A stretch of 64,000 nt of DNA from Eubacteriales bacterium (GTDB taxonomy: Bacteria > Bacillota > Clostridia > Oscillospirales > JAAYXM01). The stretch is from the NCBI GenBank assembly GCA_045595365.1, contig JAZOAI010000011.1, forward strand, positions 12,706-76,705, given 5' to 3'. This document shows, one piece after another, positions 27,890-39,660 of the stretch. Position 1 is the first letter of the stretch. Each line of letters opens with the position of its first letter. The notes under the pieces were generated by a model. The model was not told the DNA's origin and made no database searches. It saw only the letters and a list, made by a program, of their open reading frames with translations. Made by a program: the position numbers and the translations under genes.

Positions 27890-29227
27890 ATGAAAGCAGG
27901 ATTTTCAAAAGTTTGCATAAACCCACCTTATGGTGCCCCGATTGTAGGATATTATGAAGAAAGACTTGTAAAAGGTATCCATGATGATTTGTTTGTAAGA
28001 GCAACCGCCTTTGACGATGGAGAAAAAAAGGCTCTTATTATTGCGGTTGACGTTTGCCTTATGGCTCAGAAGTATTATGACGCTTGTAAAAAAGCAATAA
28101 AAGAAGCGACGGATGTTTGCGAAGACGCAATTTTCATCAATTGCTCACACACGCACACCGGTCCTCTTCTTGGCAAGGACTTTGCTTCTGAAAAAATGAG
28201 TAGTGCAGCATATGATGAATTCTTTGTTGCTTCCGTAAGAGATGCGGCAATTTACGCCTTGGCAGATTTATGTGAGGCCACTGTTGAAACTGCGTCATCC
28301 GAGGCAAAGAACATTTCCTTTATACGCCGTTATCGAATGAAAAATGGAGGCGTTCAGACAAACCCCGGTGTCAATAACCCCGATATTGACCATGCCCTTG
28401 GGACTCCCAACGAAACAGTTAAGCTTGTTAAAATTAAAAGAGAAAAAGCTGATGATATTGCTATAGTTAATTTTGGCACACATCCCGATTCTGTTGGTGG
28501 TGAGTATATTAGTGCTGACTATATGGGATATGTTTGCGATATTATAGAAAAATCGATACCTGATACTAAATGTATGTTTGTTTTGGGGTGTCAGGGCGAT
28601 GTTAACCATGTCAATGTGAAGCCTACAAAGGGCGAAACAGCAATTTCCAAAATAGACTTTGACGGAGTTCCCAGAAGCAATGCCCTCGCAGAGCATATGG
28701 GAAGAATTATAGCCGGTGCAGTTCTTTCGGTTTATTCAATAACCGAAGAGGTTAAAACAGATAAAATATCATATGCCTCTGCTAAGGTTGAGCTTCCTTC
28801 ACACCAGGAGAATGATCGTCTGGATGAAGTAAGAAATATTTACAACCTGTATGTTGCCGGCAGAACAAACGAGCTTCCGTTTGAAGAAATGGAACTGACA
28901 ACGGCCATTGCCGAAGCCAAGCGTATTATAAAACTTGAAAATGGCCCCGAATCTTTCGGTTTTTTCCTCTCGGCAATAAAGATAGGTGAATTGGTGTTTG
29001 CAGGCATAGGTGGTGAACCGTTTACCGAAATAGGCAATCGCATTTGTGCAGATTCTCCTTTTAAAAATACTTTGCTTTGTTGCCTTACAAACAGTACGGG
29101 AGGATATATTCCCACACGTTCAGCCTATGATGAGGGAGGATATGAGGCAAGGGGTTCTTCGCTAAAGCCAGGCAGTGATGACATAGTTGTTGAGGGTATG
29201 TCGAAGCTTCTTAATGAAATAAAATAA
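27890..29227 (+). CDS. Neutral/alkaline-ceramidase-N-terminal-domain-like hydrolase (function unknown)
   Basis: About 445 aa with GFSKVCINPP.G.P..GY...GIHDDLFVRA ... INCSHTHTGP. AGGAG lies 10 nt before ATG 27890. Confidence 0.6.
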   Translation: MKAGFSKVCINPPYGAPIVGYYEERLVKGIHDDLFVRATAFDDGEKKALIIAVDVCLMAQKYYDACKKAIKEATDVCEDAIFINCSHTHTGPLLGKDFASEKMSSAAYDEFFVASVRDAAIYALADLCEATVETASSEAKNISFIRRYRMKNGGVQTNPGVNNPDIDHALGTPNETVKLVKIKREKADDIAIVNFGTHPDSVGGEYISADYMGYVCDIIEKSIPDTKCMFVLGCQGDVNHVNVKPTKGETAISKIDFDGVPRSNALAEHMGRIIAGAVLSVYSITEEVKTDKISYASAKVELPSHQENDRLDEVRNIYNLYVAGRTNELPFEEMELTTAIAEAKRIIKLENGPESFGFFLSAIKIGELVFAGIGGEPFTEIGNRICADSPFKNTLLCCLTNSTGGYIPTRSAYDEGGYEARGSSLKPGSDDIVVEGMSKLLNEIK

Positions 29228-29261
29228 CAGAACACAAGGTTCGATATATCTCGTATAAAGC

Positions 29262-29298
29262 AAAAACTCCCGAATCATAATTTGATTCGGGAGTTTTC
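29262..29298. terminator. Bidirectional terminator between the ceramidase-like gene and groEL
   Basis: AAAAACTCCCGAATCA-taatt-TGATTCGGGAGTTTT with A and T runs on both sides. Confidence 0.8.
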
Positions 29299-29317
29299 TT
29301 ATCGGTTTATTTGTCTA

Positions 29318-30967
<1,650 letters not shown>

Positions 30968-30996
30968 TTATATTAAATTTAAGAATAAAGCGGGAA

Positions 30997-31452
<456 letters not shown>

Positions 31453-31514
31453 CTTAAATCTCATTTTTACTCCTAAAATCTCCCAAAATGGATATTTTTA
31501 CAAATAGTTAATAT

Positions 31515-32627
31515 TTATAAGTACATATACAGCTCGCATTTTATCATTCCATTATACAATTTTCTGCGTTTTTTCGCCTTTTTGCCGTAAAAAAATTCAA
31601 ATTCCGGGTGAGAAGTAATTATGTAACTCGAAAAATCAGGGGAAAAACTCATTGATTTTCCAAATTCGCGATAAAGCTTTTCTGCATCGCGGATTTCCAT
31701 AAGTCGCTCACCGTATGGCGGGTTTGTAACACAAATTCCGTTGCTGTGGCGGGGTTTAAAGCGTGTTGCATCTGCTTTCTCAAAGGTGATATACTTGTCA
31801 ACTCCTGCTTTTTTTGCGTTTGCTCTTGCAAGGGAAATGGCATTAGGGTCGATGTCGCCGCCCCAAAGCTCAAATTCTCTTGTGAAAATCTTTGTTTTTG
31901 CAGTCTCACGGTGAGAGTGCCAGATTTTCTTATCTGATATTTCCCAAGCCTCAGAAGAAAAACGCCTTGATAAGCCCGGTGCGCGGTTCTCCGCAATCAT
32001 CGCAGCTTCGATAAGGATTGTTCCCGAGCCGCAGAACGGGTCGCAGAAAAATTCCCGCCCTCTGTATCTAGAGAGAGTGACCATAGCGGCGGCAAGCGTT
32101 TCACGAAGCGGGGCAACGCCGGAAACCGCGCGGTATCCGCGCTTGTGAAGCCCCGGCCCCGTTGTGTCGAGATATATGTTTACAACGTCGTGCATAATCG
32201 AAAACTGAATCTGATACTTTGTGCCCGTTTCTTCAAACCATGAAAGGGAGTATTTCGTTTTCAGACGCTCAACGACCGCCTTTTTGATAATGCTCTGGCA
32301 GTCAGGAATAGAAAATAATTTAGAATTTAAGCTGTGCCCCTTTACCGGAAAAGCACCGTCTTTGGGTATGAAGTTTTCCCAGGGAAGCGCTTTTACCCCC
32401 TCAAAGAGCTCGGTGAAGGTTGTTGCTTTAAACGTGCCGACAACGAGGAGAATCCTCTCTCCTGTGCGAAGCCATAAGTTTGCAAGCGCCATATCCGAAA
32501 GAGTCCCTGAGAAGGTTACTCTTCCGTTGTCGGCCTTGACATCTTCAAAACCAAGATGTGAAAGCTCCTTGGATACTATCCCTTCAAGACCAAACAGGGT
32601 AGGGACACAAAAGGTGAATTTGTTCAT
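31515..32627 (-). CDS. THUMP-domain class I SAM-dependent RNA methyltransferase (RlmL/YpsC-like)
   Basis: 370 aa with an N-terminal THUMP-like region, DPFCGSGTILIEAA and the NPPYGERL catalytic motif. Confidence 0.85.
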   Translation of the reverse strand: MNKFTFCVPTLFGLEGIVSKELSHLGFEDVKADNGRVTFSGTLSDMALANLWLRTGERILLVVGTFKATTFTELFEGVKALPWENFIPKDGAFPVKGHSLNSKLFSIPDCQSIIKKAVVERLKTKYSLSWFEETGTKYQIQFSIMHDVVNIYLDTTGPGLHKRGYRAVSGVAPLRETLAAAMVTLSRYRGREFFCDPFCGSGTILIEAAMIAENRAPGLSRRFSSEAWEISDKKIWHSHRETAKTKIFTREFELWGGDIDPNAISLARANAKKAGVDKYITFEKADATRFKPRHSNGICVTNPPYGERLMEIRDAEKLYREFGKSMSFSPDFSSYIITSHPEFEFFYGKKAKKRRKLYNGMIKCELYMYL

Positions 32628-32632
32628 TGTTA

Positions 32633-35104
32633 TTACTCCGGAATTTCTTCGTTATCAGGTGCCTCGTCATCGTTGTTTTCAGCTGCGCTTATGTCTGGCA
32701 CTTCGTCAGTTTCAGTATTCTCATCCTGCGTGGGGGCAGAGGCAATTTCGTTCTCTGGCTCGTCTGAGGGGTCTTCAGTGTAATCAAAGCTGTGAATGTT
32801 GCAGACAGAATTCATCGGCTTTTCGACTCCGGTTGCAAAGAAGAATTGCCCGTCTGCAGGCTCTGCTGTGCGAAGGGTATACTGTTCGTCTTCAACAACA
32901 ACCCCGCTCATCGGGAAAGTGCGAGGAATGTCTAAGAAAGCAACAGTTTTCCTGTTTTCTGCAGGGCAGAATTCCGATGCGAGCATATTTGTTGATGTGT
33001 CAATGTCGACGGTCAGGTGAACATCGCAGGTGCGTGTCGGAACATCATCCTTGTGAAAGTATCCGGCAACAACCTTTGTGCCGCGCGCATCAAGCGCACA
33101 GGCCTCTGATGGGAGTAGCCCGCTGCAGGAGCAGATGTTTACAAACTGGAAATCACTGTTTTTTTCAAAGTTTTTAACCTCAAGCTCCTTGTGAGCGGCA
33201 TTCATAACGCGCTTCCAGACGGTCAGTGCAGGCGAAAGTGATTTTGAAATATATTTTGGCTGGTCATATCCAAACCATGCCGCGCCCACATAATATGGGG
33301 TGTAACCTACAAACCAACGGTCCTCGTCATTGTTCGAGGTTCCCGTTTTTGCTGCGGCAGGCATTCCGCGGTCAAGCTTTGCGTATGTTCCGGTTCCGCT
33401 TGAAACAACGTTTTGAAGCATATAGCTGACATATGCTGCCGTTTTTTCGCTCATCGCCTTAGTCGGGCGAGCCTCTTTTTCAATCAGAACGTTGCCGTCG
33501 CTGTCAAGAACTTTTGTGTAGGTTCTTGGCTCATAATATGTCCCGCCGTTTGCAAACGGCGCATACGCCGCAGCCATCTCAAGGGCGGTGATGCCGTTTG
33601 TAAGCTGGCCGAGAGAGAGCGGGGCGAGGTTCTGGTCACCCTTCTTTGAAAGGGAAGTGACTCCGAGGTTTGCCGTGAGGAAGTTATATGAACGCTCTAT
33701 CGAAAGCTTTTCAAGCGTGCGCATGGAAACTGTGTTTATTGACTGCTTGACAGCTTCGTTGATTGTAGTTCTTCCTGAATATGTTCGCGTTTCGTTCTTG
33801 GGATACTCACTGCCGTTTAAAACGGTGATAGGGGCGTCATCCTCGACGGAGAACGGAGTTATAAGCCCGTATTCTATTGCGGGCGCATAAACGGAGATAG
33901 GCTTGATTGAAGAACCGGGCGGGCGCTTTGTCTGAGTAGCACGGTTGAGTATGCGCGCTCCTGATTTTTTTCCGCGGCCTCCGCGCATGGCGACGATATC
34001 TCCGCTTCCGGGGTCGAGCATAATCATCGCACATTCGGGCTGAACTTTCCCGCTGTATTTTGGGAAGATGCTGTCATTTTCAAAAACTTCGTCCATCGCA
34101 GATTGTATTTTCGGGTTAACTGTTGCATATATTTTTAACCCACCGGAATATATAGTTCTGACAGCAACGTTTTCTGAATATCCTCGCTCCTGCACAAGAT
34201 CATCAATCAGGTCCTCTATAATCTGATCAACAAAATAGGACTGAACCGCATTGGAAGAATTATTGCGCCGTTCTGTGTTGAAGACAATTTCTTCAGCATT
34301 TGCAGCATCTCTTTCTTCTTTCGAAATCATATCAAGCTCATACATTCTGTTTACGATTGTCGTGCGGCGGTCTTTGTTGTTCTCGGGGTTGATGTATGGA
34401 TTATAATATGTAGGAAGATTTGTGATACCGACGAGTGCGGCAGATTCGGCAACGGTAAGCTCTGAGACATCCTTGCCGTAATACGTCTGCGCGGCGGTTC
34501 CGACACCGTAACATCCTTCGCCGAGGTATATTGTGTTTAAGTACATTTCAATTATGGTGTCTTTATCGTAGTGACGCTCAAGATAAAGTGCGCGCATAAT
34601 CTCCTGAAGCTTTCTCTTAACAGCATCTTGATTATCCCCTGTGAGGTTTTTGACAAGCTGCTGGGTGATTGTAGATGCACCGTAATCACTTTTGAATTTG
34701 AAGAACAGGTTAGCACTTGCAGAGAGCGTTCTGGTCCAGTCAACTCCGTGGTGCTTCATAAAACGGTGGTCCTCAATAGCGATTGCCGCATCCTTGAGGT
34801 GTTTGGGCATTTCGTCAAGGTCAACCCAGGTTCTGTTCTGAGAGTCATAAAGCCGCTCAAACTCGTGTTCGTTTCCGTCTTCGTCAAGATAATATACGAT
34901 AGAGGAGTAGTTAAGCTTCATCGCCTCCACCTCTATGTCGACTCTTGCATCGAGGGAAAGCATATATCCAACAAACACAAGAAGGCAGATTCCGGTTGTG
35001 CATGCCGCAATCAATAAGGCGGTGCGCAACAGGAACCAGGTGTTTGAAGAGAAAAACTTATCAAATCTCTTTTTTTTCGGGGAAGGGTTATTGTGTTCTG
35101 TCAA
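32633..35104 (-). CDS. Class A penicillin-binding protein (PBP1A family, transglycosylase + transpeptidase)
   Basis: 823 aa with an N-terminal TM helix, GT51 motifs (AIEDHRF, GASTITQQL) and transpeptidase motifs (PGSSIKP, KTGTS). The C-terminal tail is acidic and low-complexity. Confidence 0.92.
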   Translation of the reverse strand: MTEHNNPSPKKKRFDKFFSSNTWFLLRTALLIAACTTGICLLVFVGYMLSLDARVDIEVEAMKLNYSSIVYYLDEDGNEHEFERLYDSQNRTWVDLDEMPKHLKDAAIAIEDHRFMKHHGVDWTRTLSASANLFFKFKSDYGASTITQQLVKNLTGDNQDAVKRKLQEIMRALYLERHYDKDTIIEMYLNTIYLGEGCYGVGTAAQTYYGKDVSELTVAESAALVGITNLPTYYNPYINPENNKDRRTTIVNRMYELDMISKEERDAANAEEIVFNTERRNNSSNAVQSYFVDQIIEDLIDDLVQERGYSENVAVRTIYSGGLKIYATVNPKIQSAMDEVFENDSIFPKYSGKVQPECAMIMLDPGSGDIVAMRGGRGKKSGARILNRATQTKRPPGSSIKPISVYAPAIEYGLITPFSVEDDAPITVLNGSEYPKNETRTYSGRTTINEAVKQSINTVSMRTLEKLSIERSYNFLTANLGVTSLSKKGDQNLAPLSLGQLTNGITALEMAAAYAPFANGGTYYEPRTYTKVLDSDGNVLIEKEARPTKAMSEKTAAYVSYMLQNVVSSGTGTYAKLDRGMPAAAKTGTSNNDEDRWFVGYTPYYVGAAWFGYDQPKYISKSLSPALTVWKRVMNAAHKELEVKNFEKNSDFQFVNICSCSGLLPSEACALDARGTKVVAGYFHKDDVPTRTCDVHLTVDIDTSTNMLASEFCPAENRKTVAFLDIPRTFPMSGVVVEDEQYTLRTAEPADGQFFFATGVEKPMNSVCNIHSFDYTEDPSDEPENEIASAPTQDENTETDEVPDISAAENNDDEAPDNEEIPE

Positions 35105-35196
35105 GATTAAACACCTCCGTGTAAAAACATATCATTATATATTATAATATATTTTTCGAGAAAAAGCTATCAAAAATTTGTCGAAGGAGATTTTTT

Positions 35197-35478
35197 ATGA
35201 AAACAAAGATAACAGAGCTTAGCTGCAAGGAAGTGATAAATGTCTGTGACGGAACTCGATACGGCTATGTCAACGATGTCGAAGTTGACTGTTCGTGTGG
35301 AAAAATAGTGTCACTGATTGTTCACGGCCAAGGGAAGCTCTCCTCGATTTTTTCAAAAAACGAAGATATCATAATCCCTTGGGAGGCGATACGGAGGATT
35401 GGAGATGACATTATTCTGGTCGATTATGTTATAGAACCGACATGTACGCATAAAAAAACAGGTTTTTTTCTAAAATAA
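35197..35478 (+). CDS. ylmC: YlmC/YmxH-family sporulation protein (PRC-barrel)
   Basis: 93 aa with ELSCKEVINVCDGTRYGYVNDVEVD...IIPWEAIRRIGDDIILV. Confidence 0.85.
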   Translation: MKTKITELSCKEVINVCDGTRYGYVNDVEVDCSCGKIVSLIVHGQGKLSSIFSKNEDIIIPWEAIRRIGDDIILVDYVIEPTCTHKKTGFFLK

Positions 35479-35490
35479 TTATAAAAAGGC

Positions 35491-35519
35491 TTGCAAAAGC
35501 AGAAAAAATATGGTAATAT
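35491..35519 (+). promoter_or_regulatory. Sigma-A promoter of rpsB-tsf
   Basis: TTGCAA (35491-96), a 17 nt spacer and TAATAT (35514-19) preceded by TGg (extended -10). Confidence 0.65.
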
Positions 35520-35623
35520 ATTTCGGTGAAAAACTCACACACCCCGACTTTCACGCCGCTGTGTCGAAAGATGGCGGGGAAGAATGAAGGGTGTGGCGGT
35601 TAAAACAGAAGGAGGAAAAACAA

Positions 35624-36373
35624 ATGTCACAGGTAATCTCAATGAAGCAGCTTCTTGAAGCAGGTGTTCATTTCGGACATCAGACAAGACGCTGGAATCC
35701 CAAAATGGCTCCGTACATCTTCACGGAGCGTAACGGTATCTACATCATCGACTTGCAGAAAACCGTTAAGAAGCTTGAAGAGGCTTATTTCTTCGCTCGC
35801 GACATCGCAGCAGAGGGAAAAAGCATTCTCTTCGTAGGTACAAAGAAGCAGGCTCAGGAGGCAATCAAAGAAGAAGCAGAGCGCGTAGGTATGTACTATG
35901 TCAACGCTCGTTGGCTTGGCGGTATGCTCACAAACTTCAAAACAATGCGCCGCCGTATTGATCGTCTCAACCAGCTTAAGAAGATGGAAGAAGACGGCAC
36001 ATTCGACCTTCTCCTCAAGAAGGAAGTTATCAAGCTTCAGGCTGAAATCGCAAAGCTTGAGAAGTACCTCGGCGGAGTTAAGGAAATGAATAAGCTTCCG
36101 GGCGCGATGTTCATTGTTGACCCGCGCAAGGAGCGCAATGCTATTGCTGAAGCTCGCAGACTCGGCATCCCGGTCATCGCTATCGTTGACACAAACTGCG
36201 ACCCTGAAGAAGTTGACTATGTCATCCCGGGTAACGACGATGCTATCCGTGCTATTAAGCTTATCTCACAGACGATTGCAAACGCTGTTGTTGAGGCTCG
36301 TCAGGGCGTTCAGGAAGATGCTGCTGAAGCTTCTGAAGCTCCTGTTGAGGAGACTTCGGCAGAGCAGGAATAA
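35624..36373 (+). CDS. rpsB: 30S ribosomal protein S2
   Basis: [28 protein letters not shown]... GGAGGA lies before ATG 35624. Confidence 0.97.
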   Translation: MSQVISMKQLLEAGVHFGHQTRRWNPKMAPYIFTERNGIYIIDLQKTVKKLEEAYFFARDIAAEGKSILFVGTKKQAQEAIKEEAERVGMYYVNARWLGGMLTNFKTMRRRIDRLNQLKKMEEDGTFDLLLKKEVIKLQAEIAKLEKYLGGVKEMNKLPGAMFIVDPRKERNAIAEARRLGIPVIAIVDTNCDPEEVDYVIPGNDDAIRAIKLISQTIANAVVEARQGVQEDAAEASEAPVEETSAEQE

Positions 36374-36401
36374 TTTAAAAATATATAAGGAGTGTTACAT
36401 T

Positions 36402-37313
36402 ATGGCTTTTACAGCTGCTGATGTTAAAGCGCTTCGTGAATCCACGGGCGCAGGTATGATGGACTGCAAGAAGGCTCTTGCATCTTCTGACGGCGATATG
36501 GAAAAGGCAATGGAATTCCTCCGCGAGAAGGGTCTTGCCGCTGCTGCAAAGAAGGCAAGCAGAATTGCCGCTGAGGGTATGGTTTACGGCACAGCAAACG
36601 CAGAGGCGGGTGTTGTTGTTGAAATCAACAGTGAAACAGACTTTGTTGCAAAGAACGCTGACTTCCAGAAGTTTGCTGCAGATGTTGCAGAAACAATCCT
36701 TGCAAACAAGCCGGCTGATGTCGAAGCTCTTTCTGCTTGCAAGTGTGCAGGGTATGATATGACAGTTGCAGAGGTTCTTCAGGAGAAGATTCTCACAATC
36801 GGCGAGAACATCAAAATCCGTCGTTTTGAAATCTGCGAAGGCGGCGTAAACGTTACCTATATGCACATGGGCGGAAAAATTGGTGTTCTTCTCAATATGG
36901 AAGTTTCCGACAATATTAAGGGTAATGACGAAATTACAGCTCTCGGCCGTGGCATCGCGATGCAGATTGCTGCTATGAGCCCGTCATGGCTTGTAAGCTC
37001 TGAGGTTCCGGAAGATGTTCTTGCCAAGGAAAAGGAAATCCTCACAGCTCAGGCTATGAACGAAGGCAAGCCGCAGGCTGTTGCAGAGAAGATGGTTATG
37101 GGCAGAATCAAGAAGTTCTACGCTGAGAACTGCCTCCTCGAGCAGGAGTATGTTCAGGGCGATAAGATTTCCGTTGCTCAGCACGTTGCAAACGTTGCAA
37201 AAGAGCTCGGTGGCGAGATTAAGCTCGTAAAGTTTGTCCGCTTTGAAAAGGGCGAAGGCCTTGAGAAGCGTGAAGACAACTTCGCAGAAGAAGTTGCAAG
37301 CATGATGAAGTAA
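36402..37313 (+). CDS. tsf: Translation elongation factor Ts
   Basis: MAFTAADVKALRESTGAGMMDCKKAL... The track ORF from 36114 is an out-of-frame extension over the rpsB 3' end. Confidence 0.96.
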   Translation: MAFTAADVKALRESTGAGMMDCKKALASSDGDMEKAMEFLREKGLAAAAKKASRIAAEGMVYGTANAEAGVVVEINSETDFVAKNADFQKFAADVAETILANKPADVEALSACKCAGYDMTVAEVLQEKILTIGENIKIRRFEICEGGVNVTYMHMGGKIGVLLNMEVSDNIKGNDEITALGRGIAMQIAAMSPSWLVSSEVPEDVLAKEKEILTAQAMNEGKPQAVAEKMVMGRIKKFYAENCLLEQEYVQGDKISVAQHVANVAKELGGEIKLVKFVRFEKGEGLEKREDNFAEEVASMMK

Positions 37314-37335
37314 GCTTCATCGAAATAGAATAATT

Positions 37336-37366
37336 AAAGCGCATAGCCGTTGGCTATGCGCTTTTG
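37336..37366. terminator. Bidirectional terminator after tsf and the convergent small gene
   Basis: AAGCGCATAGCC-gtt-GGCTATGCGCTT followed by TTGT. Confidence 0.75.
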
Positions 37367-37375
37367 TCATATATT

Positions 37376-37591
37376 TTACAGTGAGAAGTCTTTTTCTGAA
37401 AAAGTATCGCTTCCAAGAAGAGATTCTTCCGCAGGGATGCGTTTTGTCGCATCATAAACAAAACGGCGGCACTTATATCCGAGAGAAACAATCCCATGGC
37501 GCGAGCAGATTGCCTCATCGTCATTGATTTTTTTGCTGTGTTGGCATATCGCGCAACGCTTTTCTATATCCTTTGAAAAAAGCATATCCAT
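37376..37591 (-). CDS. Small Cys-rich hypothetical protein (CxxC-x12-C-x11-C)
   Basis: 71 aa, 39 nt downstream of ylbJ on the same strand. No family was recognised. Confidence 0.5.
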   Translation of the reverse strand: MDMLFSKDIEKRCAICQHSKKINDDEAICSRHGIVSLGYKCRRFVYDATKRIPAEESLLGSDTFSEKDFSL

Positions 37592-37630
37592 ATCCCTCCG
37601 CTATTTCTATATATCTAATATACACTATAA

Positions 37631-38722
37631 TTATGTTTTTTTCCAGCTTTTTTTGAAAAAAATATAGAATAAGCATATCAAAACCGGAACAACTAAAACA
37701 ACTGCGTTGTTAAACCGGAAGCTTTTGTCAAAATCAGAAAAAACCTCGATTCTTTCAAAAAGCTTTGATCGGGATACGATAAAAGCAAAGAAGCCGCTTA
37801 TAATCCCGTGGAGAAGCTTTCCCAAGAAATATTCACGCGTTTTTATGTCCGTTCCCGAAAGACAGGAGAGCGTCTGGCAATGAACAGAAAGTCCGCCAAA
37901 GCCGAGAAAAGCCGAAGTAAGGATAAAGGCTGTCGAAGGCGAGACAGCATCATAAATTTTGTATGTGCCGGAGGTTATTTCGAGTATTCCACAGACAAAA
38001 GCCTCAGTTATGGCTTTGATTCCGTGAGGAAGTCGGAAAATACTCAAAATGTTCATTTTATTTATAAGAGCGGTAACAACTGCAAAAAAAACAATATATG
38101 CTGAAATCTTAAGCGAAGACATGAGCGCAGCGGTGACGGAATCGGTGAAAGCAAAGGAAAAGCTCGGGATATGGCTTTTTTTTGTGGCTTTTGTTTCGGT
38201 AATATTGACGGGAGAGAAGATTCGCAGAATAAAGCCCACAAGCAAAGTCGCGAGAATGTGTATTATCAGAAGAATTACTCCTATCTTTACCGAGCAAAAC
38301 ACGCCTGTTCCGATAGCCCCAAGGATGAAGGCGGGGCCGGAATTATTGCAAAAAGCAAGAAGCCTTTCAGCCTCGCGGCGGCTGATGCTGCCACTTGAAT
38401 ATAGTGCGGCGCAGGTTGACGCGCCTATCGGATACCCGCTTATGAAACCGAGAAGAAGTGCGGCGGAGGAGCTTCCGCTTAAAGAAAACAGAGGGCTCAT
38501 AATTTTGTTGAATAGAGAGGATATCCGATCCGCAATTTTTAAGTTTATGATAAGGTTTGATGCAACAAAAAAAGGGAACAACGAGGGGATTACGGAACGT
38601 GCGCAAAGGTGCAACCCTTCTCTCACGGCCTCTGATGATGCAGATGAAAATATGAGAAGGGAGATAACAAAAAGAAATATAAAAAGAAGGTAAAGAATAT
38701 ATTTGAAATTTTCATTTTTCAT
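37631..38722 (-). CDS. ylbJ: Sporulation integral membrane protein YlbJ (nucleoside-recognition-domain family)
   Basis: MKNENFKYILYLLFIF...EAVREGLHLCARSVIPSLFPFFV. ATG 38722 is preferred over the track start at 38776. Confidence 0.8.
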   Translation of the reverse strand: MKNENFKYILYLLFIFLFVISLLIFSSASSEAVREGLHLCARSVIPSLFPFFVASNLIINLKIADRISSLFNKIMSPLFSLSGSSSAALLLGFISGYPIGASTCAALYSSGSISRREAERLLAFCNNSGPAFILGAIGTGVFCSVKIGVILLIIHILATLLVGFILRIFSPVNITETKATKKSHIPSFSFAFTDSVTAALMSSLKISAYIVFFAVVTALINKMNILSIFRLPHGIKAITEAFVCGILEITSGTYKIYDAVSPSTAFILTSAFLGFGGLSVHCQTLSCLSGTDIKTREYFLGKLLHGIISGFFAFIVSRSKLFERIEVFSDFDKSFRFNNAVVLVVPVLICLFYIFFKKSWKKT

Positions 38723-38868
38723 AGGACAAATAAACCCCCCTTTTCTCCTTAATAATCTATGCAAAAAAAGAATCAAAAATTTTTCAATTTACCATTTAAA
38801 TTCGGGAAATTTCGTGTTATAATTAATATGTATATTTTCGTATGGAATCTGAAGTATAGGAGAAAAAT

Positions 38869-39636
38869 ATGAATAGAAAAACTTCTTTTGATAATCAGTC
38901 AGATGAGAGAGAAAAATACATAATTGAAGGCAGAAACTCGGTTTTCGAAGCGCTGAGAATGGGGAGACCCATAGATAAAGTCCTTTATGCTGAAGGGGAT
39001 AAGAACATAAGCCATATTCTTGCAAGCGCGAAGAAAAACGGAGTTGTAACCTCAAAGTGCGACAGAAGAAAGCTTGATGCAATAAGCGTAAGCGGCGCAC
39101 ATCAGGGAGTGATCGCTTTTGCGGCAGCTCATGAATACAGCACGATTGACGATATTTTAGATTTTGCAAAAAAAAGCGGCAGGGAGCCTCTTATAGTGGT
39201 TTGTGATGAAATTTCCGACCCCCACAATCTCGGCGCGATAATTAGAAGCGCGGAGGCAGCAGGTGCCCACGGAATCATTATTCCAAAAAGAAGAAACGCA
39301 GGGCTTACGGCGGTTGTGGCAAAGGTTTCCTCAGGTGCTATTGAACATATTCCCGTTGCGCGGGTTTCAAATATTGCCGCAACCCTCAATGAGCTTAAAA
39401 AGCGCGGGCTTTGGATATACGGAACAGGCCTTTCGGCAACGGCGTCGCTTTATAAAACAGATCTTCGCGGCCCGTCGGTAATTGTGATTGGCTCTGAGGG
39501 AGACGGAATGGGAAGGCTTGTAGGTGAATGCTGCGATGTTGTGATGAACATTCCTATGCTTGGGAAAACCCAATCACTTAACGCGTCTGCCGCTGCCGCT
39601 GTTGTATTGTTCGAAGCTTTACGACAGAGACTTTAA
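38869..39636 (+). CDS. rlmB: 23S rRNA (guanosine-2'-O)-methyltransferase RlmB (SpoU/TrmH family)
   Basis: 255 aa with GRNSVFEAL..., the motif DEISDPHNLGAIIRSAEAAGAHG and the SLNASAAAAV knot motif. Confidence 0.9.
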   Translation: MNRKTSFDNQSDEREKYIIEGRNSVFEALRMGRPIDKVLYAEGDKNISHILASAKKNGVVTSKCDRRKLDAISVSGAHQGVIAFAAAHEYSTIDDILDFAKKSGREPLIVVCDEISDPHNLGAIIRSAEAAGAHGIIIPKRRNAGLTAVVAKVSSGAIEHIPVARVSNIAATLNELKKRGLWIYGTGLSATASLYKTDLRGPSVIVIGSEGDGMGRLVGECCDVVMNIPMLGKTQSLNASAAAAVVLFEALRQRL

Positions 39637-39660
39637 TTTTTTGAAAGGAGCGTCCTTAAA

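Noticed and set aside
32221-33177. A 318-aa ORF on the plus strand.
   Set aside because: It lies entirely antisense to the strongly supported PBP1A and THUMP methyltransferase genes. Its product is Arg/Cys/Gln/Ser-rich with no recognisable motif and no RBS. This is a typical shadow ORF.
36114-37313. The ORF-track entry suggesting a 399-aa protein.
   Set aside because: The first about 96 codons are an out-of-frame read-through of the rpsB 3' end. EF-Ts clearly begins at ATG 36402 (MAFTAADVKAL...), preceded by AAGGAG.
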